From Diplonema japonicum (lineage: Eukaryota; Protista; Euglenozoa: Diplonemea), in contig OZ025740.1 of NCBI GenBank assembly GCA_964019335.1, positions 62,001 through 126,000 of the forward strand: a DNA stretch of 64,000 bases. Reading direction: 5' to 3'. The position numbers were made by a program, and so were the translations under genes. The notes under the pieces are model-generated. The model was not told where the DNA came from, did not search any database, and worked only from the letters and a program-made list of their open reading frames with translations. Positions 45,836 through 57,260 of the stretch are shown here, in pieces. Position 1 is the first letter of the stretch; each line of letters opens with the position of its first letter.

Positions 45836-47575
45836 TTACCCGACAACAGGAAAAGACGCCTTCTGACGGAGCGTGTCAGGAAGGGGGCATTCCCCACCGC
45901 GAAGAGGGATTCCCGAGATGAACACCTCATCGTTGATCCTGTCTGCAGAAAAGGTTTCGTGCGGCCATCGCAGCGCACCCAGGTCGTTCCCCTTCACCCA
46001 TGAAGCACGCGTACCATAGACCCTGCGGCACACCTTCGTCACGGTATTGAATGACCACCCTCCGCAAGAGCCTTCTCTGTCTTCCATAGCCCAGCACGCT
46101 TCAGAGCAGTCCTCCAGGGTCGATCGTGTTGAGCGCTTGTAGTAGCTGCCCTCCGGTAAACGAGCGTCGTATCTGTACCCGTTCTCCACAAAGGTTGCCC
46201 TTCGCACACCACTCACATCGACAAAGTCGTGGAAGGACACACCCTTGGAGACGGGAAGCCCAAGCAGCCCGTGCCTTTCACGCATCGCCCTTGCAAACTT
46301 TAGTACATTGCTGCTGATGGTTGCTTTCTGCTCCACCACGCTGAAGTCATTGGGTTTGAAACCCCTCTTTGTCTTCGTGCGCATCTTTTTGTTCCAAACG
46401 TCCAGCGACTTCGTCCCGTAGTGGTTGTAGCCGATGCCTGCCGTGCAGCAGTCCTTCGACCCCTTCCCCACAGGGAAGGTTGATCCGGGGCCCGATTGTG
46501 AATAGGTGCGGCACTTGTCTTTGTTGTCCTCCCATGTCTTCTCCTTGCACTCCTCGCGGTGCCACACAGACTCGTTTCCAGGCTGCAGCACCGCATCCTT
46601 CCAATACAGATCCTTGTGCTTCTTGAAGTGTGTCGTGTTTGTAGCGATGTGCACGTAGCCAAGGTGCTCGGGGCCAACGCACTTCGTGGAGTACATGGAC
46701 TTCATGTGTCTGCACTCCAGGCAGTAGTCCCATTGGCGTTTGGTGCATTCGAGGTTGCTTGCGGTATGCGCGGTGCAGTCGCCCCCGCTTGACAAAAAGT
46801 TCTCGATCATGAGCCCCTGTGGGTAGGTTCTGTGGCCGGATGTCCCGAAGCGCTCCCATCGTATGACGTCGTGTGCCTCGTTGCTGTCGCAGTGGTTGCG
46901 GACGTGCTCGCTGAGGTCGCAGTTCAGACGCGGGAAGATGAACTCGTCTGTGTCGGCAAAGATGAACCTGTCGACGTACTTGTGCGCCAGGCTGTAGCAG
47001 GTCTTCGGCGCGATGCAGTTCGAGGAGGGCCGCGGTCCGCACCCGAAGTTCCCGCCACGGGGCATCTCGTACAGAACAGTCACGAAGCCAAGCCTTTCGT
47101 ACTGCGAAAGAATGACCTGCGTGTCACCGTCTGTCCCTGGCTTGCTGTCGTTGATGACCCACACGTGGCCCACGCCACTGAGCAGCATCAGCTCAAGCCA
47201 TTCTTGAAGCCATGCTGAGGAGAAAGCTGTCGAGGCGCACACCCCAAGGTGCCATCTGTGCACTGTGGGGTCCATTCTCAACAGGTTTGTCGGCCCGCTT
47301 AGTTGTTTGCTGTAGTTCCTCCCCTGCTCTTCTGTGGTCAGCCTGTGTAGCGGGATAGGAGAAGGTGTCTCGGGTGCTGTTGTAGGAATGATCGGTGATG
47401 GGGTCGGTTCGTGCGTTGCTTGAGTGTCAGATGTCTTCTCTGTTTTCCTTGGAGTGTTCCCTTCTTCAATTCCGTCTTCGGCTTTCAGGTTGTTTCTCGA
47501 TTTTTCCGACCGCCACAATACTATAACAATGCACAGCAATACAAGGCCTGTCACGGTTTTCTTTTGCATCGACAT
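45836..47575 (-). CDS. Type II membrane glycosyltransferase (GT92/GT2-like) with C-terminal PAN/apple-like domain
   Basis: N-terminal anchor, P/T-rich stem, LQEWLE....GV.HV..IND, FADTDEFIFP (DxD), C...C....CGGWSF.....C. Confidence 0.82.
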   Translation of the reverse strand: MSMQKKTVTGLVLLCIVIVLWRSEKSRNNLKAEDGIEEGNTPRKTEKTSDTQATHEPTPSPIIPTTAPETPSPIPLHRLTTEEQGRNYSKQLSGPTNLLRMDPTVHRWHLGVCASTAFSSAWLQEWLELMLLSGVGHVWVINDSKPGTDGDTQVILSQYERLGFVTVLYEMPRGGNFGCGPRPSSNCIAPKTCYSLAHKYVDRFIFADTDEFIFPRLNCDLSEHVRNHCDSNEAHDVIRWERFGTSGHRTYPQGLMIENFLSSGGDCTAHTASNLECTKRQWDYCLECRHMKSMYSTKCVGPEHLGYVHIATNTTHFKKHKDLYWKDAVLQPGNESVWHREECKEKTWEDNKDKCRTYSQSGPGSTFPVGKGSKDCCTAGIGYNHYGTKSLDVWNKKMRTKTKRGFKPNDFSVVEQKATISSNVLKFARAMRERHGLLGLPVSKGVSFHDFVDVSGVRRATFVENGYRYDARLPEGSYYKRSTRSTLEDCSEACWAMEDREGSCGGWSFNTVTKVCRRVYGTRASWVKGNDLGALRWPHETFSADRINDEVFISGIPLRGGECPLPDTLRQKASFPVVG

Positions 47576-49261
47576 TTCTTCTTTTTTTTTTTTGATTCTC
47601 CCGTCACCTCCCCCCCCTCTCCCTCCCTCTTTTTTTTTAATTTTGGTTTTGTAAGAAACGGGGAAAGCAGAAGAACAAAAAAAAAAAAAATTTCGCGTAC
47701 GTACGAGTGGGGGAGAGTGCTAGCATTGGCCACCCCCTTTAAAAAGAAAGAAGAGGGGGGGGGGGGGGGGGGAACCAGTGTTGGTGGGCGCCCTGGCTGC
47801 ATAGAAACAACGGGGTAATCTCTTTTTAACACCATTTTTTTCTCTTTTTTTTTTCCCTTTCCTAGTTTTTTCACGGTCGAGTTTTCATAGAAAATCTTTA
47901 GACAAAGAGAAAGAGAAAGAAGGAGGAGAAAAAAAAAAGGGGGGGAAACTGTCTCACGTACGTTTATTCTTTTTTCTTTTTCTCTTTTTCTCATATCTTT
48001 ATTCCTTATTAGACAAGGTCACTGGCTAACAGGGAAAAAAAAAGAAATTTAAAGAAATAAAAGGGGCACAGCAATATGTAAGGCATAAAAGCGGTTTTAG
48101 TCACCTACATTTTATCGGATTCCCTCCCCCTTTTTTTTGTTTCACTCTCTTCTTTTTTCTCTTTGCTGTTCCAAAAGGTGTTCTCTTTCAACCCTTCAAT
48201 TATGAAAAAAAAAAAAAAAAAAAAAAAACCAAACAATAATGGTGCACGGCGTAGCATTTGATATCTAAAGTTTTCCTTTTTTTTTTTTTTTTCCCCTCTT
48301 CTTAGAAGGATTTTTCTCTTTTCTTAAAAAAAAAAAAAAAAAAGTTCACTATGTTAGGGGGAGGGGATTGTAACGGACAAAGAGACCGCAGTTTCAAGAA
48401 GGTGGTGGGCAAAAAGCAAAATAGTGTGGGGAGAACTCAACAACCCACAAAAGGGAGGGGAAGGAAAAACCCCACGGGTTTTCAGATGAAAGAAGGAAAA
48501 GGAATCAAAAAGGTGACATGAGTCGAACGGCGCTCAGCACGACCACCACAGTCGGCTCCAAGAGTACCATAAGTACATGGGGCGGGGACCAAAGGTCTTG
48601 CTCTCCCCCAAAAAAAAAGAAAAGAAAAAGAAAGAAGTTTATTTTTTAATTTTTCTTACACTGATATTTTGCCTTTTCCGAAACCAACAAAAAAGAAATG
48701 GATCAGGGGGAAAAGGCGGGGTCTTCTAAATGATAGGGAAAAAAAAGAAAAGAAAAGAAAAAAAAACAAAAAAAATTCGATAGAGTTTCAGCGTGCTCAC
48801 ATGTTGGAAGGAGAAAAAAAAAAATAAGAGAAGAGATTTTTAAGGTGGACGTATATCGGTTATAGGCCGTCAACGCGCAACCCCTCTGCATCAGCAGTCT
48901 GCCGTCAGGCCCGAAAGCCCTCCAGCCACTACTCGTTCCGTCAATTCTTGTAAAGTACAAAAATCCTTTTTTTTTTTAAAATATTAGCACCCCCCTTTTC
49001 ACAGCATCTTTTTCTTTAAAAAATAATAACATGGTAAAAATACTTGTCGTTTTAGCTATTCGCTCGAGTAAGGGGGGGGGGGGGGGCGGGTGTTGCAAAA
49101 GGTAAAGGTCAGCAGAACCCTCACTCGGCACAAAGAATACAAGTTTTATTAAATAAATCACTCTTTCTTAACACCAGACCCGTTCGCTATGTTCTTTAAA
49201 AAAGCAGTCAAGTTGATTAGCCCCCGTGTGGGAAAACTTCTTTCAACGAAGAAAAGAAAGA

Positions 49262-50941
49262 TTAAGAAGGAAGTGACGCCTTCATCCGGAGGTGACTAGG
49301 GAGGGGGCACTCACCCCCGCGAAGAGGAATCCCTGAGGTACAATCTTCGTTGCTGGCGCGATCGGCTGAAAGGGTCTCGTGCGGCCACCTGAGGACACCA
49401 AGGTCCTTACCCCGAAACCACGAGTTTTTCGTTCCGATCACCATTCTGCATGTCTTGCTGCTGCGGCTAAAGCTCCAGCCACCACATTTGTCACTAGCCC
49501 AGCACGACTCTGCGCACAAAGGCACGGAACTATTGTGCTGGTGTTTGTAGTGACTGCCTTCCAACGTGCGTTCTCTGTAAATGTACCCGTTCTCCACAAA
49601 GGTTGCCCTTCGCACACCACTCACATCGACAAAGTCGTGGAAGGACACACCCTTGGAGACGGGAAGCCCAAGCAGCCCGTGCCTTTCACGCATCGCCCTT
49701 GCAAACTTTAGTACATTGCTGCTGATGGTTGCTTTCTGCTCCACCACGCTGAAGTCATTGGGTTTGAAACCCCTCTTTGTCTTCGTGCGCATCTTTTTGT
49801 TCCAAACGTCCAGCGACTTCGTCCCGTAGTGGTTGTAGCCGATGCCTGCCGTGCAGCAGTCCTTCGACCCCTTCCCCACAGGGAAGGTTGATCCGGGGCC
49901 CGATTGTGAATAGGTGCGGCACTTGTCTTTGTTGTCCTCCCATGTCTTCTCCTTGCACTCCTCGCGGTGCCACACAGACTCGTTTCCAGGCTGCAGCACC
50001 GCATCCTTCCAAAATACGTTTTTGTATTTTTTGAAGAACGTCGTGTTCATAGCCACGTGCACGTGTCCCAGGTGCTCGGGGCCAACGCACTTCGTGGAGT
50101 ACATGGACTTCATGTGTCTGCACTCCAGGCAGTAGTCCCATTGGCGTTTGGTGCATTCGAGGTTGCTTGCGGTATGCGCGGTGCAGTCGCCCCCGCTTGA
50201 CAAAAAGTTCTCGATCATGAGCCCCTGTGGGTAGGTTCTGTGGCCGGATGTCCCGAAGCGCTCCCATCGTATGACGTCGTGTGCCTCGTTGCTGTCGCAG
50301 TGGTTGCGGACGTGCTCGCTGAGGTCGCAGTTCAGACGCGGGAAGATGAACTCGTCTGTGTCGGCAAAGATGAACCTGTCGACGTACTTGTGCGCCAGGC
50401 TGTAGCAGGTCTTCGGCGCGATGCAGTTGGCGTAGTCCCCACAACCGTGGTGGCCACGGGGCATCTCGTACAGAACAGTCACGAAGCCAAGCCTTTCGTA
50501 CTGCGAAAGGATGACCCGGGTGTCGATGTCCAGCCCTGGCTTGTTGTCGTTGATGACCCACACGTGGCCCACGCCACTGAGCAGCATCAGCTCAAGCCAT
50601 TCTTGAAGCCATGCTGAGGAGAAAGCTGTCGAGGCGCACACCCCAAGGTGCCACCTGTGTACCGCAGGGTCCAGGTTCAGCAAGGTCGTCGGGCCGCTGT
50701 ACTGTGGAGTGTAGGTGTGCCCCCGCTCCTCCGTAGTCTGTCTGTGAAATGGGACTTCAATGGCTACAGGAGCAGCGGTATCGTTACTGTCGTTGTGATT
50801 GTCTAAGCTTCCAGCAGTGTCATTAGTTCCCTCAGCCTGGGCCGGCGTCTTGTTTGCAGCCACATATCCCCCCTGAGGCCATGTGCTGACAACGCACAAG
50901 ACTGTCAAACCAACAACTGTCAGCAGCTTAAAAGATGGCAT
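49262..50941 (-). CDS. Glycosyltransferase paralog (GT92/GT2-like + PAN-like)
   Basis: Core near-identical to 45836-47575; divergent termini. Confidence 0.82.
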   Translation of the reverse strand: MPSFKLLTVVGLTVLCVVSTWPQGGYVAANKTPAQAEGTNDTAGSLDNHNDSNDTAAPVAIEVPFHRQTTEERGHTYTPQYSGPTTLLNLDPAVHRWHLGVCASTAFSSAWLQEWLELMLLSGVGHVWVINDNKPGLDIDTRVILSQYERLGFVTVLYEMPRGHHGCGDYANCIAPKTCYSLAHKYVDRFIFADTDEFIFPRLNCDLSEHVRNHCDSNEAHDVIRWERFGTSGHRTYPQGLMIENFLSSGGDCTAHTASNLECTKRQWDYCLECRHMKSMYSTKCVGPEHLGHVHVAMNTTFFKKYKNVFWKDAVLQPGNESVWHREECKEKTWEDNKDKCRTYSQSGPGSTFPVGKGSKDCCTAGIGYNHYGTKSLDVWNKKMRTKTKRGFKPNDFSVVEQKATISSNVLKFARAMRERHGLLGLPVSKGVSFHDFVDVSGVRRATFVENGYIYRERTLEGSHYKHQHNSSVPLCAESCWASDKCGGWSFSRSSKTCRMVIGTKNSWFRGKDLGVLRWPHETLSADRASNEDCTSGIPLRGGECPLPSHLRMKASLPS

Positions 50942-51148
50942 TCTTTTTCCTTCCGATCCCCCTCCCTGTGTTGTATTGTGAAAAAGAAATGTGGGGAAGC
51001 ATAAAGAGAAAGAAAGAAGAATGTTTTCTTTTTTTTTTTCTTCTTTTTCTTTTTAGCATATTGCTTTTTGTTTTGTGTCGTATGGTATAAACCCTGGGAT
51101 AAACACTGCATCCTATCACTAGCACTACTCTTTTTCTTTTTGGATTTG

Positions 51149-53185
51149 TTAAAATCCAGTTGAATCACCACTCACAGATGGGAACGCGAAAATGTCCGCC
51201 TCGACACCCCCAGGGAGAGCGACGTTGCTTGCGAAGAGATAAGCCACGCCGTCGTCCGTGCATGCGGGCTGTTCCGACTGAGTGCAGTACAGGCAGAAGG
51301 TGTTGCTCTCAACCGCCAGCATGCACAGCTTGCTGCTGATGTCGAAGCACGGTCCCAGAACAGTGATGAACTTCTGCCGCCCCGTACCCACCGTACCGTG
51401 GATGGCTTGGTTGTTCGACAGCCCGATGCCAAGTAGCTCGCTGGACTGCCCCAACGACTTCATATTCCCGCCCATCATGTCCACAAACTGCATTGAGCTC
51501 TTCACGTGATTCACATTCTTCTTCGACGTGTTCCACACAACGGCGACATTGCTGCCATGAACAGACACCACCACACCATGGGTTCTATCGCACACCATCA
51601 GTATCTTCCTTAGTATCTCATCCACATGGAGCATTACTGCCCCCATGCTGTAGCAGAACTTCATGTTCACTATGGCCATACTTGCTGAAACAGTTTGTAA
51701 GTTATTTCGCCTCTCGGGGTCTAGAGAAAGGAAGCTTTGCAGGGACGCTTGGGTTTCGTCTTGCTGTCTGATGTAAGCCTCCCTTCCTTCCAGGGAGCGG
51801 GGGAGGAGCAAGCATGCCCTAACACTTTCCCCGACACCCTTCAAGTGCAGCTTCCCCATGGGGACCACCACGTCGTTGTCCCCCATTTCGTCAGCAGCTC
51901 TTGTGTGACAGCCACTGCGCCAGCTACACATGCCCCTTCCATCCGTGCTGCCCTGTTCACAGTGCTCCCGAAGTAGTCAAACCTGCCTGTCAGAGTATTC
52001 AGTTGCACGTCAACCTTACCGTACTGCATCCCCACACGCACGCGTAGTCCGCACCACGGCCCGCTATCGTCCCGTTTGCACTGCTCCAGTTCCAGCACCT
52101 CTTTGGGCCACTCCGCCCTTACGAGCTCTTGCTGCACAAACAGCCCAAAGGAGACCGCATCGACTGCGCCCTCGAAGGCTGCCATAAATGCGTCCCCGAT
52201 GGTCTTCACCTCGTACCCTGAGAAGGCCTCGATGCAGTCACGCATCACACTGTTGTGCACACGGAGGGCCCCTTTCATCCCCTCGGGACACGCCTCCCAC
52301 GTGGCTGTGGAGCTCTGGATATCAGTGAAAACAATCGCAGCTTCCTTCGAAACCAGCCCGGGAACATGAGTCTCTTTGACCTGCAGGGTGGTGCTCTTGT
52401 GCATCTCGCAGAAAAGGGCGTCGGGGAGGAAAGGGCGGTACCTTTCTAGGTTGCTGAGGATGGCGAGGAAGGCGGCGTGGAGGGGTTCGGGGAGGGTGGA
52501 GGTAGAGATGTTGGCCTCTGCAGACTCGAGGTCGAAGTTCGAGAGGTCAGCCGAGATTTGCTCCGCGGCAGAGATGACTTTCTGCATGGCAACGCGTTGC
52601 AAAACCGCGGGTGAAGTGATAGTCCAAGAGAAACACGGCGATTTGTATGCTGAGGACTGAAATGGCAGTAGATGCGGCAACTGCACAGGGTAGCGTTTCG
52701 CAGTTCGAAATCTCGCGTCGTTCTTGTTGGGTGTACATGGAAGGGAGGTCAAGGTCGAAGATGCCGAAGCGAAGCGTAGCCTCCACAGCAGCTAGTACCA
52801 GCCACGTGACGACAGCAATCGAGATGTTCCTCCCGACCCTGCTTTTTAGGTCGCAGAGCAACGTTACATCGAGTATGACCACTACGCCTGACCAGATGCG
52901 AAGCCGTCCCCCTGCAACATCGAGAAGGTCGGAGTAAAGCACTGTAAAGGTCATCAGGTATAGACCCATCTCCACCACCCAGTCCCGCACCCTCCTCTCC
53001 ACCAAAAGCTGCACCAGTATAGCAGTCCCACCTGCCGCTGCAAATACATAGTGAGGTAGGAACATCACTGCGATGCATGTGTAGGACAGCACGATCGAGG
53101 TGATCGACGCAGTGAGGATGATCTTCTTCTTCGTCCGTGTGAACTGGCCGTCCTCCGGGCGGAGTATAAATCGCAACACGGTCAT
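51149..53185 (-). pseudogene. Adenylate cyclase paralog with two frameshifts (about 52590, about 51893)
   Basis: Three consecutive ORFs are colinear with the 32834-34981 protein; catalytic motifs intact. Confidence 0.85.
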
Positions 53186-53264
53186 AGTAATTGGCTTCTA
53201 CCTGTAGGAAGAAGTAAATACTGCCAGCGGTACAAACTGTATGGAAAATATATCGAAAAACTAC

Positions 53265-54575
53265 TCACCCACAACTCGGTTGTGCTTCTGAAGGAGAATT
53301 GTTCGTTTCGTGTAGCTTGGACTGCTTGGCGATGAGGTGCTCGACCATGTCCTCGGCCCCGTACTGGCTTGCGAAACGCGTCAGCCGCAGCAGCACCTCT
53401 TCCGTGAAATACCTCTGAAACCTGTCGTCAGCCATCATCCGAACCACCTCCTCCCTTCCCCTCGGGTGTTTGTTCATACAGATCACCGCTGACAGGAAAA
53501 CCTCCCTCCGTTCCCTTTCACCGGAGACGTCGAGCGCTGCAGATAATATCTCAGCGTTGTGTATTTTTTCAGAAACTCTGGGCGGGACGCCGTTTCGGAG
53601 AAGCTTTCGAAACACCTGAGGAGTGCCTTCGGTTTTCCGAAGCATAGAAGCTGCAAGAAAAGCAGCATGCTGGTCCTTCACCGGTGCCCGGTCAAGCAAT
53701 GCCTCAAGGTACCCCATGCAACGGTCTGTAAAATTTGTCAGCTGTGTCACGTTTGCGTGAGTGGCGGACGGGGCTGTGCAGTGTTGTATGATGGCGTCCG
53801 CCCAGTCCCATCGGCAGTGGTTCACTGAGGTGATGAACGCTTCTGCTGGGAAGGCCTTTATCTTCTTTGCAAGACTGGGCACCACACCGCACAACGCAGG
53901 TTTTCTCAATACCCTCTGTGCAACAATCTGCAATATTTCATCAGGTGTTTCACCAGTAAGTTTCTTATCCATGTAGTACTCGATGAAGGCCAGCAAGGCT
54001 ACAGGACACGATATATTCGCCACACAGGACACGCTGGGGATGTGCTTCCTCCTCTTCCCCGCTCCCAGCAACAGGAATCTTTTGAACAGGGTTGCGTTCT
54101 CAACCGAAACGCAGCACATCAAGCTAGACTTGGCGTTCTTGGTCACCCAGTACTCTGCCCCAGGCTGGGCAAGTAGGTACTCGGTTACACTCGAAGCACG
54201 AACTACAGTGTTCGTCAGCGGAATCTGATAGTGAGTAACGTTGCCTGCTTTTACGCAAATGTCCAAAAGCTCTGGGTTATCTGTTTCGAAAACTTCCCTC
54301 ATCACCTCTTCATGGGTCATTCCCATCTCGTCGAGTACCCTCTTGGCCTCTTCTTTCTTGTTGAGTACTACTTCCATCTGGTCGCCCATCCCCGCCCCGA
54401 GTTTCACCGGATTATCGTCAACTTCAACGATATTGCCTTCGTACTGCACATCGAAGCTGCTTGTTACCATCCCAGTCAGTTTAGCCACCTCCCGCTTCAC
54501 ATCAACTCCCAACCACGTGGGACCCATCTCCACCACGTGCTTCTCACCGCTTGGCGTGACGATGAAGACCTCCAT
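53265..54575 (-). CDS. Ubiquitin-like domain protein with helical/degenerate ankyrin-like C-terminus
   Basis: MEVFIVTPSGEKHVVEMGP...DVKREVA...F.VQYEG Ubl start; 436-aa ORF. Confidence 0.72.
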   Translation of the reverse strand: MEVFIVTPSGEKHVVEMGPTWLGVDVKREVAKLTGMVTSSFDVQYEGNIVEVDDNPVKLGAGMGDQMEVVLNKKEEAKRVLDEMGMTHEEVMREVFETDNPELLDICVKAGNVTHYQIPLTNTVVRASSVTEYLLAQPGAEYWVTKNAKSSLMCCVSVENATLFKRFLLLGAGKRRKHIPSVSCVANISCPVALLAFIEYYMDKKLTGETPDEILQIVAQRVLRKPALCGVVPSLAKKIKAFPAEAFITSVNHCRWDWADAIIQHCTAPSATHANVTQLTNFTDRCMGYLEALLDRAPVKDQHAAFLAASMLRKTEGTPQVFRKLLRNGVPPRVSEKIHNAEILSAALDVSGERERREVFLSAVICMNKHPRGREEVVRMMADDRFQRYFTEEVLLRLTRFASQYGAEDMVEHLIAKQSKLHETNNSPSEAQPSCG

Positions 54576-55045
54576 CTTTTTTTTCTTTTTTTTTTTTTTT
54601 TGGTTTCACTTTTTTTGCGTTGTGTGCGTGTGTTTTTTTCTTCCCGCCCCCCCCTTCTTTTTCTGCTTGAAACAATATAAAAAAGAAAATAATAATAAAA
54701 AGATATTTTGATAATGAAACTAATGTTTTGTTGCGTAGCAGCGTGGGCTATTCAAGATATCCACACCAATCGGAAACAACAGAGTGCTCTGTAACAAGGG
54801 GAGGGAAGAGATGAGACAAAGATGAGCTTCTGGCGAAATTCATGATGCACTGTCTAATAATGTTCACTAAAAAAAGAGGAGGTTGTTTTTTTTTTGGCAC
54901 CTTACACCTTTTCCTCTTCCTTTTTTTTTTCTTTGGAGGAAAGTAAAACATAAACGGTGAACCACTTTCAAAGTGTAGCAGGATTCTATTCCCCCCCCCC
55001 TTTTTTTTTCTTTTCTTCTTCTTTTTTACAAAATGTATCGTTTTC

Positions 55046-56362
55046 TTATTTCTGTATTCTCACCCCCGGTGGCACCACATCGTCAAGAGTATCAGTGCCT
55101 CTCAAAATGATGGTTTCTAGTTTGTTGCACCCAAACAAGAAATCATTACCAATGTTATTAAGTTTGGTCATCTCACTCAAGTCGATGGTTTTTAGGTTTT
55201 TGCACCCATACAAGAAATCATTACCAATGAAATAAAGATTGGTTATCCCATTCAAGTCGATGGTTTCTAGTTTTTCACACCCGTACAAGAAATCATTATC
55301 AATGGAAGAAAGATTGGTCAGCCCATTCAAGTCAATGGTTTCTAGGTTTTTGCACTCTGACAAGAAATTATCTCCAATGGAATCAAGATTGGTCATCCCA
55401 TTCAAGCTGATGGTTTCTAGTTTTTCACACCCATACAAGAAATCATTACCAATGGAATCAAGATTGGCCATCCCATTCAAGTCAATGGTTTCTAGGTTTT
55501 TGCACCTTGACAAGAAGCCATTACCAACGGAAGAAAGATTGGTCAGCCCATTCAAGTTGATGGTTTCTAGTTTGACGCACCCTGACAAGAAGCCATAACC
55601 AATGGAATCAAGATTGGTCGTCCCATTCAAGTCGATGGTTTCAAGGTTTTCGCACATTGTCAAGAACTGATCACCAATGGAAGAAATATTTGTTAGTGAA
55701 ACCAAGATGGTTTTTAGTCTTTTGCACCCCGACAAAAAGTAAGAACCAATGGAATAAATATTGGTCATCCCATTCAAGTTGATGGTTTCTAGTTTGTTGC
55801 ACTCTGATAAAAAGTCATCATCAATGGTAGAAACATTGGGGAGGATGAGATCAACAGACGTCAGGTCACAGCCTTGAAGAAATCCAGCGTCTATACTTGT
55901 AACACAGCCTGTGGAGTTGGTGACAACGAGGATCTGAAGTCCAGAAGGAAGGTCCCCCTTCTCCATTGTCAAGTCTTCGTCGACGTCATCTGGCAACGAG
56001 TTCCCCACCTCCACCACCAGAACCAGCTCAGGGTCAGCTGCCACAAGACCCTCAAGCTCCGAAACTGAGCTCCGAAGCTTCTCCAGCTGAACGGTTTTCC
56101 TATTCACCTCCACATGGACCACGGAGCCCTCCACGAGCCCAAGTTCTTGAACATCTCTACCCCCGTTCCTGTCCAGGACCTCTCCCTCCCAAACCAGTTT
56201 GAACTTGCCTTCGAGTAAACCAGCAGCACACCCTGCCTTCCTGTACAGGCTACCCACCGTCTCCTTCCCTGACACTTCCACATCGTGAGCCCCGCCTCCC
56301 GTCTTCACGAACACTGTAAAATCGTTCACTCCTACCTCTGATCTCTTTCTCTTTCCATTCAT
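55046..56362 (-). CDS. Ubiquitin-like domain + BspA-type leucine-rich repeat protein
   Basis: FTVFVKT.GG...VEVSG.ETV..L...F.LVWEG Ubl; about 11 25-aa repeats LETIDLNG.TNL.SIGNDFL.GC. Confidence 0.88.
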   Translation of the reverse strand: MNGKRKRSEVGVNDFTVFVKTGGGAHDVEVSGKETVGSLYRKAGCAAGLLEGKFKLVWEGEVLDRNGGRDVQELGLVEGSVVHVEVNRKTVQLEKLRSSVSELEGLVAADPELVLVVEVGNSLPDDVDEDLTMEKGDLPSGLQILVVTNSTGCVTSIDAGFLQGCDLTSVDLILPNVSTIDDDFLSECNKLETINLNGMTNIYSIGSYFLSGCKRLKTILVSLTNISSIGDQFLTMCENLETIDLNGTTNLDSIGYGFLSGCVKLETINLNGLTNLSSVGNGFLSRCKNLETIDLNGMANLDSIGNDFLYGCEKLETISLNGMTNLDSIGDNFLSECKNLETIDLNGLTNLSSIDNDFLYGCEKLETIDLNGITNLYFIGNDFLYGCKNLKTIDLSEMTKLNNIGNDFLFGCNKLETIILRGTDTLDDVVPPGVRIQK

Positions 56363-56429
56363 GTTCCTTTATCTTCGTTCTTTTCCCCCCACACCCCCTT
56401 TTTTGCTTTATTTTTTATTTTCCCTGTGT

Positions 56430-57260
56430 GCTTGTCTTGAAGGACCACTCCGACTCTGCTCCCTTGCGGGATATCCACCGTCATCCCTTGCAACACGACA
56501 GGGAGGTCCGTGCGGTACCTCACCGATAGGTCGGCCAGCCGGATCGCCCCTGTCCTCGGCCACTCCTCGTCCATTGTTTTTATCTGCAGCAAACAACCTT
56601 CCTCCTCTTCGGGCGGCAGCGAGGAGTACAAGAGACGTTCCACGGAAGTCATCATGGTCTCCACCAAGCTTGAGTTCCTTGCCATGTACTGAAGTGTTTC
56701 CCCCAAAGACAGGGAGTATGTGAGGGCCAAGGCGTACACAGACGTCGAGACCGTGTCCTTCAGGACAAGCCCCATCCCGGAAAGCAGCGTCACGAGAACC
56801 GCGCACATGATGTCCAGTCTGAAGCCGATCCATCTGTTCCCGATGAACCACCAGTACCACGGCTTGGCCATCGCTTCCAGCCTCATCCCGAAGGCGTGTT
56901 GTATCTCGTCTTGTTTCTGAAAGGCTTTGATCCGCGGCCGAGCGAGAAGGTCGAGGCACAGACACCACCGTAGACTGCGAGGTAAAAGTGGTTCTGCTGC
57001 TCGTTTAAATCGTTGTCCGCCCAGCTGCTGAGGAAGTAGTCCCCGTACATCATCGACAGCTGCCCGCTGAACAGTCCGACCAACACCACTGTTGCAAGGA
57101 ACCGTCCCCCCGCTTTGATGTACTCTACATAGGTCGTCCCTGTGACAGCTCCCCTTGCACGGTCTTCCGTTTCAACGAGCTTCACGGCAGCGTCCTTTTC
57201 TTCTTCCTTTTCGTTTTCCTTTTCGTTTTCATGAGGATGAAGAAGGTTGCACCTTCTTGC
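56430..57260 (-). pseudogene. Internally deleted ABCC (MRP-type) transporter fragment
   Basis: EDRARGAV....Y..YIKAGG, NRWIGFRLD, MTSVERL, WP..G.I....LSVRYR.DLP.VL; stops just before the Walker A motif. Confidence 0.85.

Noticed and set aside
55100-55850. Regular 75-bp and 102-bp tandem repeats as CRISPR-like arrays
   Set aside because: In-frame LRR and ankyrin coding repeats without unique spacers.
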